64,000 nt of DNA from NCBI GenBank assembly GCA_963725045.1, contig CAVRWY010000002.1, positions 238,864-302,863 of the forward strand, written 5' to 3'. Within the stretch, counting starts at the first letter, position 1. Every line of letters begins with the position of its first letter. The notes beneath the pieces are model-generated. The model worked only from the letters and a program-made list of their open reading frames with translations, did not search any database and was not told the origin of the DNA. This document shows positions 53,480-64,000 of the stretch, piece by piece. Origin of the DNA: an uncultured Gemmatimonadales bacterium (lineage in GTDB: Bacteria > ARS69). Position numbers and translations under genes: made by a program.

Positions 53480-55656
53480 TTGAAGCACGTCGGCCGGAGC
53501 ATCGCGCGCCCCGACGGTCACGCGAAGGTGACCGGAAGCGCGATCTATGCCGACGACTTCGCGCTCCCGGGGCTCTACCACGGCATGACCGTGCGCAGCC
53601 CGCACGCCCACGCACGCATCGACTCCATTCAATGGAACGAAGCGGTCGCCCCGCCCGATGCGGTGTGCGTGGTCGCCGCCGACATTCGCGGACGCAACGG
53701 CGTGCAACTCCTCGACGACGAGTGGCCCGTGCTCGCCCGGCGCGTCGTGAATCACGTGGGCGAGCCGGTGGCGCTGGTCGCCGCGCGCACGCGGCAGGAA
53801 GCGCGCGAAGCGATGCATGCCGTCGAGGTCGTGTACTCGCCGCTGGATGCGGCGCTCACGATGGAGGATGCGGAGGCGTCGGCCGCGGCGCCGCTGCACG
53901 AGATCGCGATGGGCCGCTCGGAGGCCGAGCTCGCCGACGCGTTCGCGAAGGCGCATCTCGTGGTCGAAGGGGAATCGCGCACCGGACTTCAGGAGCATCT
54001 TTACATCGAGTGTCAGGGAGTGACGGCCTGGTTCGACATCGACGGATCTCTTCACGTGGTCGGCACCATGCAATGTCCCTTCTACGTGTTGAAAGCGATC
54101 GTGCATTGCCTCGGCATTCCCAGAGAGAGCGTGCGCGTGCGCGCCTCGGAAGTCGGCGGAGGCTTCGGCGGCAAGGAAGACTTCCCGAGTCAGATTGCGA
54201 TCCACGCGGCGCTGCTCTCGCGCGCTTGCGGCCAACCGGTGCGGATCGTCTACGATCGCCACGAAGACATCGCGGCGACGACGAAGCGCCATCCTTCCCG
54301 CGTCCGTCATCGGACCGCGTTCGCGAAGGACGGGAGCATTCTCGCGATGGATGTGGACGTTGCGTTGGATGGCGGCGCGTACCGCACGCTCTCGCCGGTG
54401 GTGCTCTCTCGCGCCGTTCTCCATGCGACCGGTCCGTATCGCTCGGGCGCAGCGCGCATTCGCGGAAAGGTGATGCGCACGAACACTCCGCCGAACGGAG
54501 CGTTTCGCGGATTCGGCGCGCCGCAAGTGCAGTTCGCGATGGAGCGTCAGCTCGATCGCGCCGCGCATCGTTGGGGCTCGATCCGTTCGAGATTCGCCGC
54601 GTGAATGCGCTTCGCCCCGGCGATCGCCTGCCCACGGGGCAAGTTCTCGATGAGACGACCTCCGCCGTCGACTGCCTCGAGGAAGTGGAGAAGCGCACCG
54701 GATTTCGCGCACGATGGAAGAAGGGCGCGGGCGAACGCCGCGGCCTCGGAATCTCGCTGTTCTTTCACGGCGCCGGATTCACCGGCAATGGCGAGCGCAC
54801 GATGAAGTCGCCGGTCACGGCGCGGCTCGCCGAAGACGGGCGTCTCGAGATTCTCACCGCGAACGTGGACATGGGCCAGGGCATGGCGGCTGATCTTTCC
54901 GCAGATCGCTGCGGAAGCCGCCGACGTTCCGTTCGACGACGTGGTCGTACCGATTCTCTCGACGAACGAAGTTCCCGACTCGGGCCCGACGGTCGCGTCG
55001 CGCACGACGATGATCGTGGGCGCGTCGATCGCCGAGGCTGCGGCCGCCGTCAAGAGCGCGGTGCTCTCGCGCTGGGACGGCGCACGCGACGCTCCATTTC
55101 GCACGATGGCGAGCGCCGTTCGCGCGGCACACGGCGATCTGGCGATCACCCTGTATCACGAGCCGCCGGCGTGGCAAACGTTCGACGACGAAACGTACGA
55201 AGGCTCGGCCTATCCCACATATTCGTGGGGCGCGGACGTCGCGGAAGTCGAGGTCGATCCGGGCACGCTCGCGGTGCAGCCGATTCGGGTCACGAGCGTG
55301 TGCGAAGTCGGCCGCGCGATCCATCCGGCGCTCTGCGTCGGACAGATCGAAGGGGAACGCTGCAGGCGATCGGCCACGCGCTGTGGGAGGAAATCAAGAT
55401 GGAAGGCGGCCGCCCGCTGAACGATCGGCTGGCGACCTACATCATCCCGACGTTCACCGACGCTCCCCGGCTCGACGTTCACTTGCTGGAAAAGCCGTGG
55501 AAGGGCGGGCCTTTCGGCGCCAAGGGAATTGGCGAGCTTCCGATCGACGGGGGAGCGGCCGCGATCGTGCAGGCAATCGAGCACGCGACCGGAATCGTGG
55601 CGACCGAGATTCCGGCGACGCCGGAGAAGCTTTTGGAATGGAGGACGCCGCGATGA
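53480..55656 (+). CDS. Xanthine dehydrogenase family molybdopterin-binding subunit (frameshifted)
   Basis: KVTG.A.YADD, RSPHAHA, QEHLYIE, GGGFGGK, AFRGFGAPQ, DMGQG, TVASR, GQIEG and GAKGIGELP motifs. Confidence 0.93.
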
Positions 55657-56156
55657 ATCGCGTGCGACATGCCGTGGCGGCGGCCGGAGGCGCGCGACCG
55701 CGCGTCGACCTGGAAGTGAATGGGGAATGGATGTCGGTGGAAGGACATCCGATGGAGCGCCTCCTCGACGTGCTGCGCGAGCGCATGCAATTGACCGGGA
55801 CGAAGGAAGGGTGCGGCGAGGGCGAGTGCGGGTCGTGCACCGTGCTCATGGACGGCGAGCCGGTGCTCTCGTGCTTGGTTCCATTGTTTCAATGTGCAGG
55901 ACGGTCGTTCACGACCGTGGAAGGGATCGCCGCGGAGCCAGAAGCGCGCGCGTTGCTCGACCGCTTGGTGGAGAGCGGTGGCGTGCAATGCGGCGCGTGC
56001 ACTCCGGGAATCGTCGTCGCGGCGTGGGCGTTGTTGCAAAGGAATGCCACGCCGACGCGGCGCGAAGTCCAAGAAGCGCTTGCCGGCAATCTCTGCCGCT
56101 GCACCGGGTACGAAGGAATTCTCCGCGCGATGAATGCGGCGGAGGAGGGCGCATGA
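55653..56156 (+). CDS. (2Fe-2S)-binding small subunit of xanthine dehydrogenase family
   Basis: GTKEGCGEGECGSCTV, QCGACTPG and GNLCRCTGY motifs. Confidence 0.95.
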   Translation: MNRVRHAVAAAGGARPRVDLEVNGEWMSVEGHPMERLLDVLRERMQLTGTKEGCGEGECGSCTVLMDGEPVLSCLVPLFQCAGRSFTTVEGIAAEPEARALLDRLVESGGVQCGACTPGIVVAAWALLQRNATPTRREVQEALAGNLCRCTGYEGILRAMNAAEEGA

Positions 56157-56998
56157 GTCCCTATCGCGCCGGCAGCCCGCACACCGTCGAAGACGCGCTG
56201 CGCTTCATGGCCGAAGTTCCAGATGTGGTCATCGTTGCGGGATGCACGGATCTCATGGTCGCCGACGCGGAGGCACGCGCACGACGCACGCACGTGGTGA
56301 GCGTGCTGGAAGTGGAGGAATTGCGGGGAATCGAGCGCGACGGAGACTGGATGCGCATCGGCGCCGCGGAAACGTTTGCGGAGATCGGGAAGTCGGGAGA
56401 GGTCGCGAAGATCGCCCCGATCCTGGGCGAGGCGGCGCGCATGGTCGGGGGATGGCAGATCCAGAATCGCGCGACGCTCGGCGGCAACATCGCGAACGCG
56501 AGCCCCGCCGGAGACTCGCTTCCCGTGCTGCTGGCGCTGGATGCGACGGTGGAGATCGCGGGGCCGAAGGGGCGCCGAACGATCGCCTACAAGGCGATGC
56601 ACGTGGGTTACCGCAAGACCGCGATCGCGGCCGGAGAGATCCTGGTCGCGGTCCGCATTCCGCTCGGTGCTCGTCAGCGTTTGCAGTCGTTTCGCAAAGT
56701 AGGGACGCGCTCGGCGCAGGCGATCAGCAAGGTGGTGGTCGCGATGAGCGCGTGGCGCGAGGGCTCCCAGCTCGAGGATGTGCGCGTCGCCGCGGGAAGC
56801 GTGGCGGATCGTCCGGTGCGGTTGCATGCGGCGGAGTCGGCGATCGAGGGGAGCGGAGCGGCGGATGCGGCGAAGCGCGCGGGAGATGCGGCCGCCGCAG
56901 AAGTCACTCCGATCGACGACGTGCGCTCCACCGCGACCTATCGGCGCTGGGTGTTGGGCAATCTGGTGGGAGATGTCGTGAAGGAATGGCGCGCTTGA
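56153..56998 (+). CDS. FAD-binding medium subunit of xanthine dehydrogenase family
   Basis: AGCTDL, QIQNRATLGGN..NASPAGD, FRKVGTR and PIDDVRST..YR motifs. Confidence 0.93.
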   Translation: MSPYRAGSPHTVEDALRFMAEVPDVVIVAGCTDLMVADAEARARRTHVVSVLEVEELRGIERDGDWMRIGAAETFAEIGKSGEVAKIAPILGEAARMVGGWQIQNRATLGGNIANASPAGDSLPVLLALDATVEIAGPKGRRTIAYKAMHVGYRKTAIAAGEILVAVRIPLGARQRLQSFRKVGTRSAQAISKVVVAMSAWREGSQLEDVRVAAGSVADRPVRLHAAESAIEGSGAADAAKRAGDAAAAEVTPIDDVRSTATYRRWVLGNLVGDVVKEWRA

Positions 56999-57309
56999 AA
57001 CGCATTCTTCTCTCCAGCGCCATCGTGGTGGTGACCGCGCTCATTCTCTGGGGCGGAATCCTCTCGCCGGCGAGGGGCACGACGCTGCATCCCGGGTCCC
57101 CTCCCTTCGCTCCGTTTCTCTTCGCCGCGCCGCTGGCGGTGGGAGTAATCGCGTACGAATCGCTTCTTCATTCTTGGTTGACGCGCGAAGGAGCAAGCCC
57201 GCCGGCGTGGCTATGGTGGACGATCCTGGTTCCGATCGGGCTGGTGGCGGCATCTCTGGCGCTGGCCGGTCCGCGGCTCCCCGCGCTCGTTCGGCTGCTC
57301 AGCCCTTGA
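56986..57309 (+). CDS. Small membrane protein (3 TM, 107 aa)
   Basis: AAGGA RBS inside the upstream gene; three hydrophobic segments. Confidence 0.55.
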   Translation: MARLKRILLSSAIVVVTALILWGGILSPARGTTLHPGSPPFAPFLFAAPLAVGVIAYESLLHSWLTREGASPPAWLWWTILVPIGLVAASLALAGPRLPALVRLLSP

Positions 57310-58753
57310 TGTTGCCGATCGGCGTGAACGTGGCGACGCGCCGCGAGATTCCCAATCGTCTCCAGCACGCTGACGACCGATCCCAAGTCCTTGTAGGCGA
57401 AGCCCGCCTCTTCCGCGACTCCGGCGTGCGATGCGGCGCGCAAGACGATGCCGCGCTCTTCCATGCTCCGCACGAGCGCTTCGCCGCGCACCTTCTTCTT
57501 CGCCGCGCTGCGCGACATCGTGCGACCGGAACCGTGCGCGGTGGAGCCGAACGTGTCGCTCATCGCGCCCGCCGTCCCCAGGAGCAGCGCGGATCCCGTC
57601 TCCATCGAGCCGCCGATGATCACCGGCTGCCCGACGTCGCGGTAGATCGCCGGCAGCTCGGGATCGCCCGGCGCGAACGCGCGCGTCGCGCCCTTGCGAT
57701 GCACGACCAGCTCCAGCTCCTCGCCGTCCACCGACGTGGCGCTCGACCTTCGCGGTGTTGTGGCACACGTCGTAGACGATCGAGAGTCCCAACTCGTGCG
57801 CGTCGCGTCCGAACACGTCGGACATCACTTCGCGCACGCGGTGGGTGATGACCTGGCGATTGGCGAACGCGGTGTTCGCGGCCGCGAGCATCGCGCCGTA
57901 GTAGCGCTGTCCTTCCGGCGAGCGGAACGGAGCGCAGGCCAGCTCGCGGTCGCGTACTTTGATTCCGAGCCGCGCCATCACCGGATCGAACGCGCGCAGA
58001 TAGTCCGTCGCAACTTGGTGGCCGAAGCCGCGCGATCCGCAGTGCATCATGATCACGATCTGTCCGGGCCCGGTGATGCCCAGCGCGCGCGCCGCGTCCG
58101 GATCGTGCAGATCCCTCGGGGCGCAGCACCTGAATCTCCAGATAGTGATTCCCCGAGCCGAGCGTTCCCAGCTGATCGAGCGCGCGCTCCACCGCTCGCG
58201 CGCTCACCGACTCCGGCTTCGCGCCCTCGAGCCGCCCGCGCCCTTCGATGCTCTCCAGATCCTCCGCCCATCCGAGGCCGCGTTTCACGCACCAGGCCGC
58301 GCCGTCCTGCATCACGTCGTCGAAGTCGTCGCGCGTCAAATGCACCGAGCCCTTGCAGCCGACGCCGGTCGGCACCGCGCGGAAGAGCGCGTCGACGAGC
58401 CGCTTCAGCTTCGGCCGCACTTCCTCTTCCGTGAGGTCCGTGCGCAGGAGCCGCATGCCGCAATTGATGTCGAAGCCGATGCCGCCCGGCGAGATCACTC
58501 CGGCGTCCGCTCGACATCCATGGCGGCCACACCGCCGATCGGGAAGCCGTAGCCCCAGTGACCGTCGGGCATGCAGTACGCCGCGCGCACGATTCCCGGA
58601 AGGCAGGCCACGTTGCGTGACTTGTTCGAAGACGCCCGCGTCGAGCTTCTCGAAGAGCTCTTCGGACGCGAGGATGCGTGCGGGCACCAGCATGCCCGCC
58701 TTCTCCGTCGGCGGAATCTCCCAGACGCACTCGCCGGTGCGCACGACTTTCAT
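57299..58753 (-). CDS. rtcB: RNA-splicing/repair ligase RtcB, archaeal/eukaryote-like subtype (frameshifted)
   Basis: [68 protein letters not shown] and IGNIKG motifs. Confidence 0.95.
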
Positions 58754-58796
58754 GCGACGCCCTCGCGGTCGAATCGCGCGCCCATGATTCTCTCCC

Positions 58797-59224
58797 TCAC
58801 AGATCGATCACCACGCACGCGCGCCACCCGCCGCCTGCCTCTCCAAGCCGAAGCGATGAAACGTGACCGCCTTCGGATCGGCGCCGCGCTTGGTCCGTTC
58901 CGGATCGATCGCCCCGCCTTCGACCTGAGCGACGAGCGACGCCGGCGCCTCGCCGGCGATCTCCACCTCCGCGCGGGAGAAGACTTCGCCGTCGCGGTCC
59001 TTGCGAAAGATGAGCTCGGCGAGCCAATCGAACAAGAGCAGCTCCCGCGTCTCGGCGGAAAGCTCGATCGTGTGGCGGACGTCTCCGACGAGCGTCGCGG
59101 GATCCACCATCTGCTCGGCGAGCGCACGGGCCGCGGTCGCGAACACGTCGGCGAGCGTGTCGCCTTCGATCTCGAGTGCGAGATCGTCGATCGCGATGTC
59201 GTCGAGAATGCGATAGGTGCCCAT
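58797..59224 (-). CDS. Archease (RtcB activator; 3' frameshift)
   Basis: YRILD.....D..LEIEG.TL..VF..AA.AL, LLFDWLAELIF, DPKAVTFH and terminal VVIDL; directly upstream of rtcB. Confidence 0.9.
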
Positions 59225-59234
59225 CGCGGGCACG

Positions 59235-60675
59235 TTACGTCTTCCGCGGCCCGCCGCATAGAAGGAGAGTCCGCGCACGTTCTCGTCGATCTCCAGACGC
59301 TGGTGCATGGGAGGAAAGGCGCGCTGCCGGCAGTCGGTTCTCTCGCAGAGCCGGCAGGTCACGCCGACCGGAACCGCCGCCTCCGCGCGGTCGAGATCGA
59401 TGCCGTCCGCGTACACGATTTGATGCGCGTCCTTGGCTTCGCAGCCGAGCTCGATCGCCAGGCGATTCTGCGGAACGAGATGCCCGCCGCCCGCTTTGCG
59501 CACGGTGCGCGCGATCGAGAAGTACGTGGTGCCGTCGGGCATCACGGAAAGCTGCGTGCGGATCATGCCCGGGCGTGAGAAATGCGGCGTGCACGTTCCA
59601 GCGCGGACAGGCGCCCGAGTAGCGCGCGAACGGAATGCCCGAGCCGCTGAATCGCTTGGAGATGTTTCCGGCGATGTCGATGCGCACCAAGTGGAATGCG
59701 ACGCCCCGCGCTCCGTTTCGATTGAGCGACGTGAGCCGATGCGCGACCTGCTCGAAGCTCGTACGAAAGCGATGCTCGAGCAGCTCGAGATCGTAGCGCA
59801 GCGCCACCGCCGCCTCGAGCAGCCGGTCGTAGGGCATGACCACCGCCGCCGCAAAGTAATTCGCGAGCGCGATGCGGCAGAGCCGGCGCGACTCTTCCGT
59901 CGACATGCGGCTGGACTCGACGATGCGATCGAGGATCGGCCCCAAGCGTCAGAAGCCCGATCTGATGCGCGACCTGGAACGTCTGCGACGAGGACGAGAG
60001 CACTTCGGAGAGAACGAGTCGCCGGCGCTTGGGGAAGTAGCGGCGGACCGCGCCCTCCAGCTGATCGGCGTTGACCGTCTCCACGCGAATGCGGTGGGTC
60101 TTCTCCAGGTGGCGAAGGAGCCCTCCGTGGAGGTCGGCGGGATCGATCTTCGCCTCCCGGGCGAGCTCCTCGGCGGCGTCCTCCAGGTCCGGGAAGTAGT
60201 TCATGTTCTCCTGGATCACGTCGGAGACCTCTTCGGAAGGGAGCCGCACCGCCTCCGTCCCGAAGAGGGCCGCCTCCCCGGCTCCGTGGGCCGCCAACGT
60301 CTGGGAGTCCTCGCGCGCCTTGCGATAGGCGCGGTAGAGCCGCAGGACCGCACGGGCCAGGTGGGGGGATCCGATCGCGAGCTCCTGGGCGTCGGGGGGG
60401 CGCAGCTCCTCGCCGGCGAACACGCCGTCGGCGAACGCCTCCTTGAGGTCGGCGACGAGCTGGGCTTCGTCGTCCTCTGCGAAAGTCCGCAAGTCGAGGT
60501 GGAAGATCTCGGCCAGCTTCAAGAGGAGCGGGACGGTCATCGCCCGCTGATTCCGCTCGATCAGGTTCAAGTAGCTCGCCGAGATGCTCAACTTTTCCGC
60601 GAGCTGGACCTGGGTCAGCGACCGCTCCTTGCGGAGCCGGCGGATCTTGTTTCCGAGAAATGTTTGCGACGCCAT
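59235..60675 (-). CDS. ramB: RamB/PrpR/ScfR-family short-chain acyl-CoA regulator (XRE HTH + ImmA/IrrE-like + DUF2083), frameshifted
   Basis: [49 protein letters not shown] and C..CER..C.QRAFP motifs; divergent from aceBA. Confidence 0.88.
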
Positions 60676-60686
60676 TGCGCGCCTCG

Positions 60687-60753
60687 ATGGACACAATTGA
60701 CACGATTGACAATTTGCACGCCGCTCAAAGATCGGCCTTCACACGTTTGCAAA
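60687..60753. promoter_or_regulatory. Candidate RamB-family operator region
   Basis: Perfect palindrome TTTGCAAA (60746-60753), TTTGCAC at 60713, and three 9-nt-period AT(G/T)GACA repeats. Confidence 0.6.
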
Positions 60754-60860
60754 TGAGCCGTGGAGTCGTGCGACTCGAATCCTCTACGCTGGTTCTCCCT
60801 CGAGGGAAAAACTCCTCGAAGGCGCTCTTTGTCACGGAACGCAAAACCACCACGGAAGCC

Positions 60861-62480
60861 ATGACGAACACCGCGTTTCCCATCCCGAACGAGGCGTCCG
60901 ACACCGACGGGCTCGAGGTCCTCGGGGCCACTCCCCCCGAGTATGCGGCCATTCTAACTCCCGAGGCTCTGGATTTCCTGGTCCGCCTGGAACGGCGCTT
61001 CCGCATGACCCGCAAGGCCCTGCTCCACCGCCGGAAGAAGATCCAGGTCGCCCTGGACGCCGGCGCGATGCCCGACTTCCTGCCGGAGACCGCGTCGATC
61101 CGGCGGGCGGAATGGACGATCGACCCCATCCCCGCGGACCTCGTGGACCGGCGGGTGGAGATCACCGGGCCGGTCGAGCGAAAGATGATCATTAATGCGC
61201 TGAACTCCGGCGCGAACCTCTTCATGGCCGACTTCGAGGACTCGACGTCGCCGACCTGGGACAACGTCATCCAGGGGCAGATCCACCTCCGCGACGCGGT
61301 GCGCCGCACGATCGAGCACGTCCAGCCCGAGACCGGCAAGACCTACCGGCTGAACGAGGTCACCGCCACCCTCCTGGTCCGCCCGCGCGGCTGGCATCTG
61401 GACGAGAAGCACGTCCGCGTCGACGGCGATCCGGTCTCCGCATCGATCTTCGATTTCGCGCTCTTCTTCTTCCACAACGCGCAGGAGCTCATCGCCCGCG
61501 GCACCGGACCCTACTTCTATCTTCCCAAGCTCGAGAATCACCTCGAAGCGCGCCTCTGGAACGAAGTGTTCGTCGAAGCGCAGGACCTCCTGGGCATTCC
61601 GCGCGGCACGATCAAGGCCACCGTTCTCATCGAGACGATTCTGGCCGCGTTCGAAATGGACGAGATCCTCTGGGAGCTGCGCGCGCACGCCGCCGGGCTC
61701 AACTGCGGCCGCTGGGATTACATCTTCAGTTTCATCAAGAAATTCAAGAATCACCCCGAGTTCATGCTGCCGGATCGCGGCTCGGTGACGATGGAGCGCC
61801 ACTTCCTCCGCTCCTACAGCCAGCTTCTCATTCGCACGTGCCATCGCCGCGGAGCGCACGCGATGGGCGGAATGGCCGCGCAGATTCCGATCAAGGACGA
61901 CGTGTTCAAGAACGCGGCGGCGCTGGAGAAGGTGCGCGCCGACAAGCGACGCGAAGCGAACGACGGCCACGACGGCACTTGGGTCGCGCATCCCGGGCTC
62001 GTGGCGCTGGCGCGCGCGGAGCTCGACCGCGTGATCGAAGGAGCGAACCAGCTCGACAACCTGCGCGAAGACGTTTGGGTCACGGCGTCGGATCTCTTGG
62101 AGACGCCGCGCGGCGCGGTCACGGAAGCGGGACTGCGCCAGAACGTGAGCGTGGGCGTGCGCTATCTCGAGGCGTGGCTGCGCGGCAACGGCTGCGTGCC
62201 GCTCGATCATTTGATGGAAGACGCCGCCACCGCGGAGATCTCGCGGGCGCAAGTCTGGCAGTGGATTCGCCACAGCGCCGTGCTCGAAGACGGCCGCGTC
62301 GTGGATCGTCCGCTGGTCACGCAAATCCTGGACGAAGAGATGGCGAAGATCCGCTCGAGTCTGGGCGAGCCGCGCTGGCGAGAAGGGCGCTTCACGCTCG
62401 CCGCCGAGCTGTTCCTTCGTCTGACGACGGCGCCGGAGCTGGAGGAGTTCCTCACGCTCGCGGCCTACGACCACGTTTGA
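60861..62480 (+). CDS. aceB: Malate synthase A
   Basis: [51 protein letters not shown] and [12 protein letters not shown] motifs. Confidence 0.97.
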   Translation: MTNTAFPIPNEASDTDGLEVLGATPPEYAAILTPEALDFLVRLERRFRMTRKALLHRRKKIQVALDAGAMPDFLPETASIRRAEWTIDPIPADLVDRRVEITGPVERKMIINALNSGANLFMADFEDSTSPTWDNVIQGQIHLRDAVRRTIEHVQPETGKTYRLNEVTATLLVRPRGWHLDEKHVRVDGDPVSASIFDFALFFFHNAQELIARGTGPYFYLPKLENHLEARLWNEVFVEAQDLLGIPRGTIKATVLIETILAAFEMDEILWELRAHAAGLNCGRWDYIFSFIKKFKNHPEFMLPDRGSVTMERHFLRSYSQLLIRTCHRRGAHAMGGMAAQIPIKDDVFKNAAALEKVRADKRREANDGHDGTWVAHPGLVALARAELDRVIEGANQLDNLREDVWVTASDLLETPRGAVTEAGLRQNVSVGVRYLEAWLRGNGCVPLDHLMEDAATAEISRAQVWQWIRHSAVLEDGRVVDRPLVTQILDEEMAKIRSSLGEPRWREGRFTLAAELFLRLTTAPELEEFLTLAAYDHV

Positions 62481-62529
62481 TCGCATTCGAACATTTCACG
62501 GAGCTGGCACCATGAAGGAGACCCCTGCA

Positions 62530-63828
<1,299 letters not shown>

Positions 63829-63919
63829 ACGAACAGGTAGACTCCCCCGAAGGGCGCGGAGCGCCCATCGGTCACGGAGGGTCGGCGGCCGCCCCTCCCA
63901 ACACGACGAAGGGGGAGTC

Positions 63920-64000
63920 ATGGAGATTCGGAAGAGCGCGCGCGCCAGTGCGCGCACACATTGGCTGGGGCTCGCGCTGCTCGCGGGCCTCGTGGGGTGC
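63920..64000 (+). CDS. 5' end of a probable lipoprotein (runs off the window)
   Basis: GGGGGAG RBS; MEIRKSARASARTHWLGLALLAGLVGC with LVGC lipobox. Confidence 0.55.
   Translation, partial: MEIRKSARASARTHWLGLALLAGLVGC

Noticed and set aside
57299-58753. Intein or intron in rtcB
   Set aside because: Gene length (~1.45 kb) matches an uninterrupted RtcB; the breaks are single-base indels.

Overview
High-GC bacterial chromosome segment. The FlgD-Ig C-terminal domains, choice-of-anchor B proteins, DUF1460 amidase and GlmU-like transferase suggest an FCB-related uncultured lineage such as Eisenbacteria/Latescibacterota/Krumholzibacteriota (inference). The sequence has many single-base indels, even in housekeeping genes such as proS, ychF and zwf, so it looks like an unpolished long-read assembly. 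Many CDS boundaries below join frameshifted ORF pieces and are approximate. About a third of the window encodes secreted proteins with one of two C-terminal tags: an ~85-aa FlgD-Ig/T9SS-like domain (7 genes plus 1 remnant) or a short (S/T)WGRVKxLYR-stop motif (2 unrelated proteins). Housekeeping and metabolic content: Nif3-like, tpx, yitJ-type Hcy methyltransferase/MTHFR, M16 peptidase, ychF, proS, chrA, gnd-zwf-pgl, SRAP, PhhB, a stand-alone motAB pair, an Eis-like GNAT plus xanthine-dehydrogenase-family trio, archease-rtcB, and a RamB-type regulator divergent from aceB-aceA. Several intergenic regions hold unexplained, strongly base-paired elements (11245-11350, 20390-20508, 23127-23310, 41556-41810, 63840-63922). 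No tRNA, rRNA, CRISPR array or transposase was recognised. The best candidate for an undescribed system is the short WGxVK C-terminal sorting signal, which coexists with FlgD-type tags and shares their junction.
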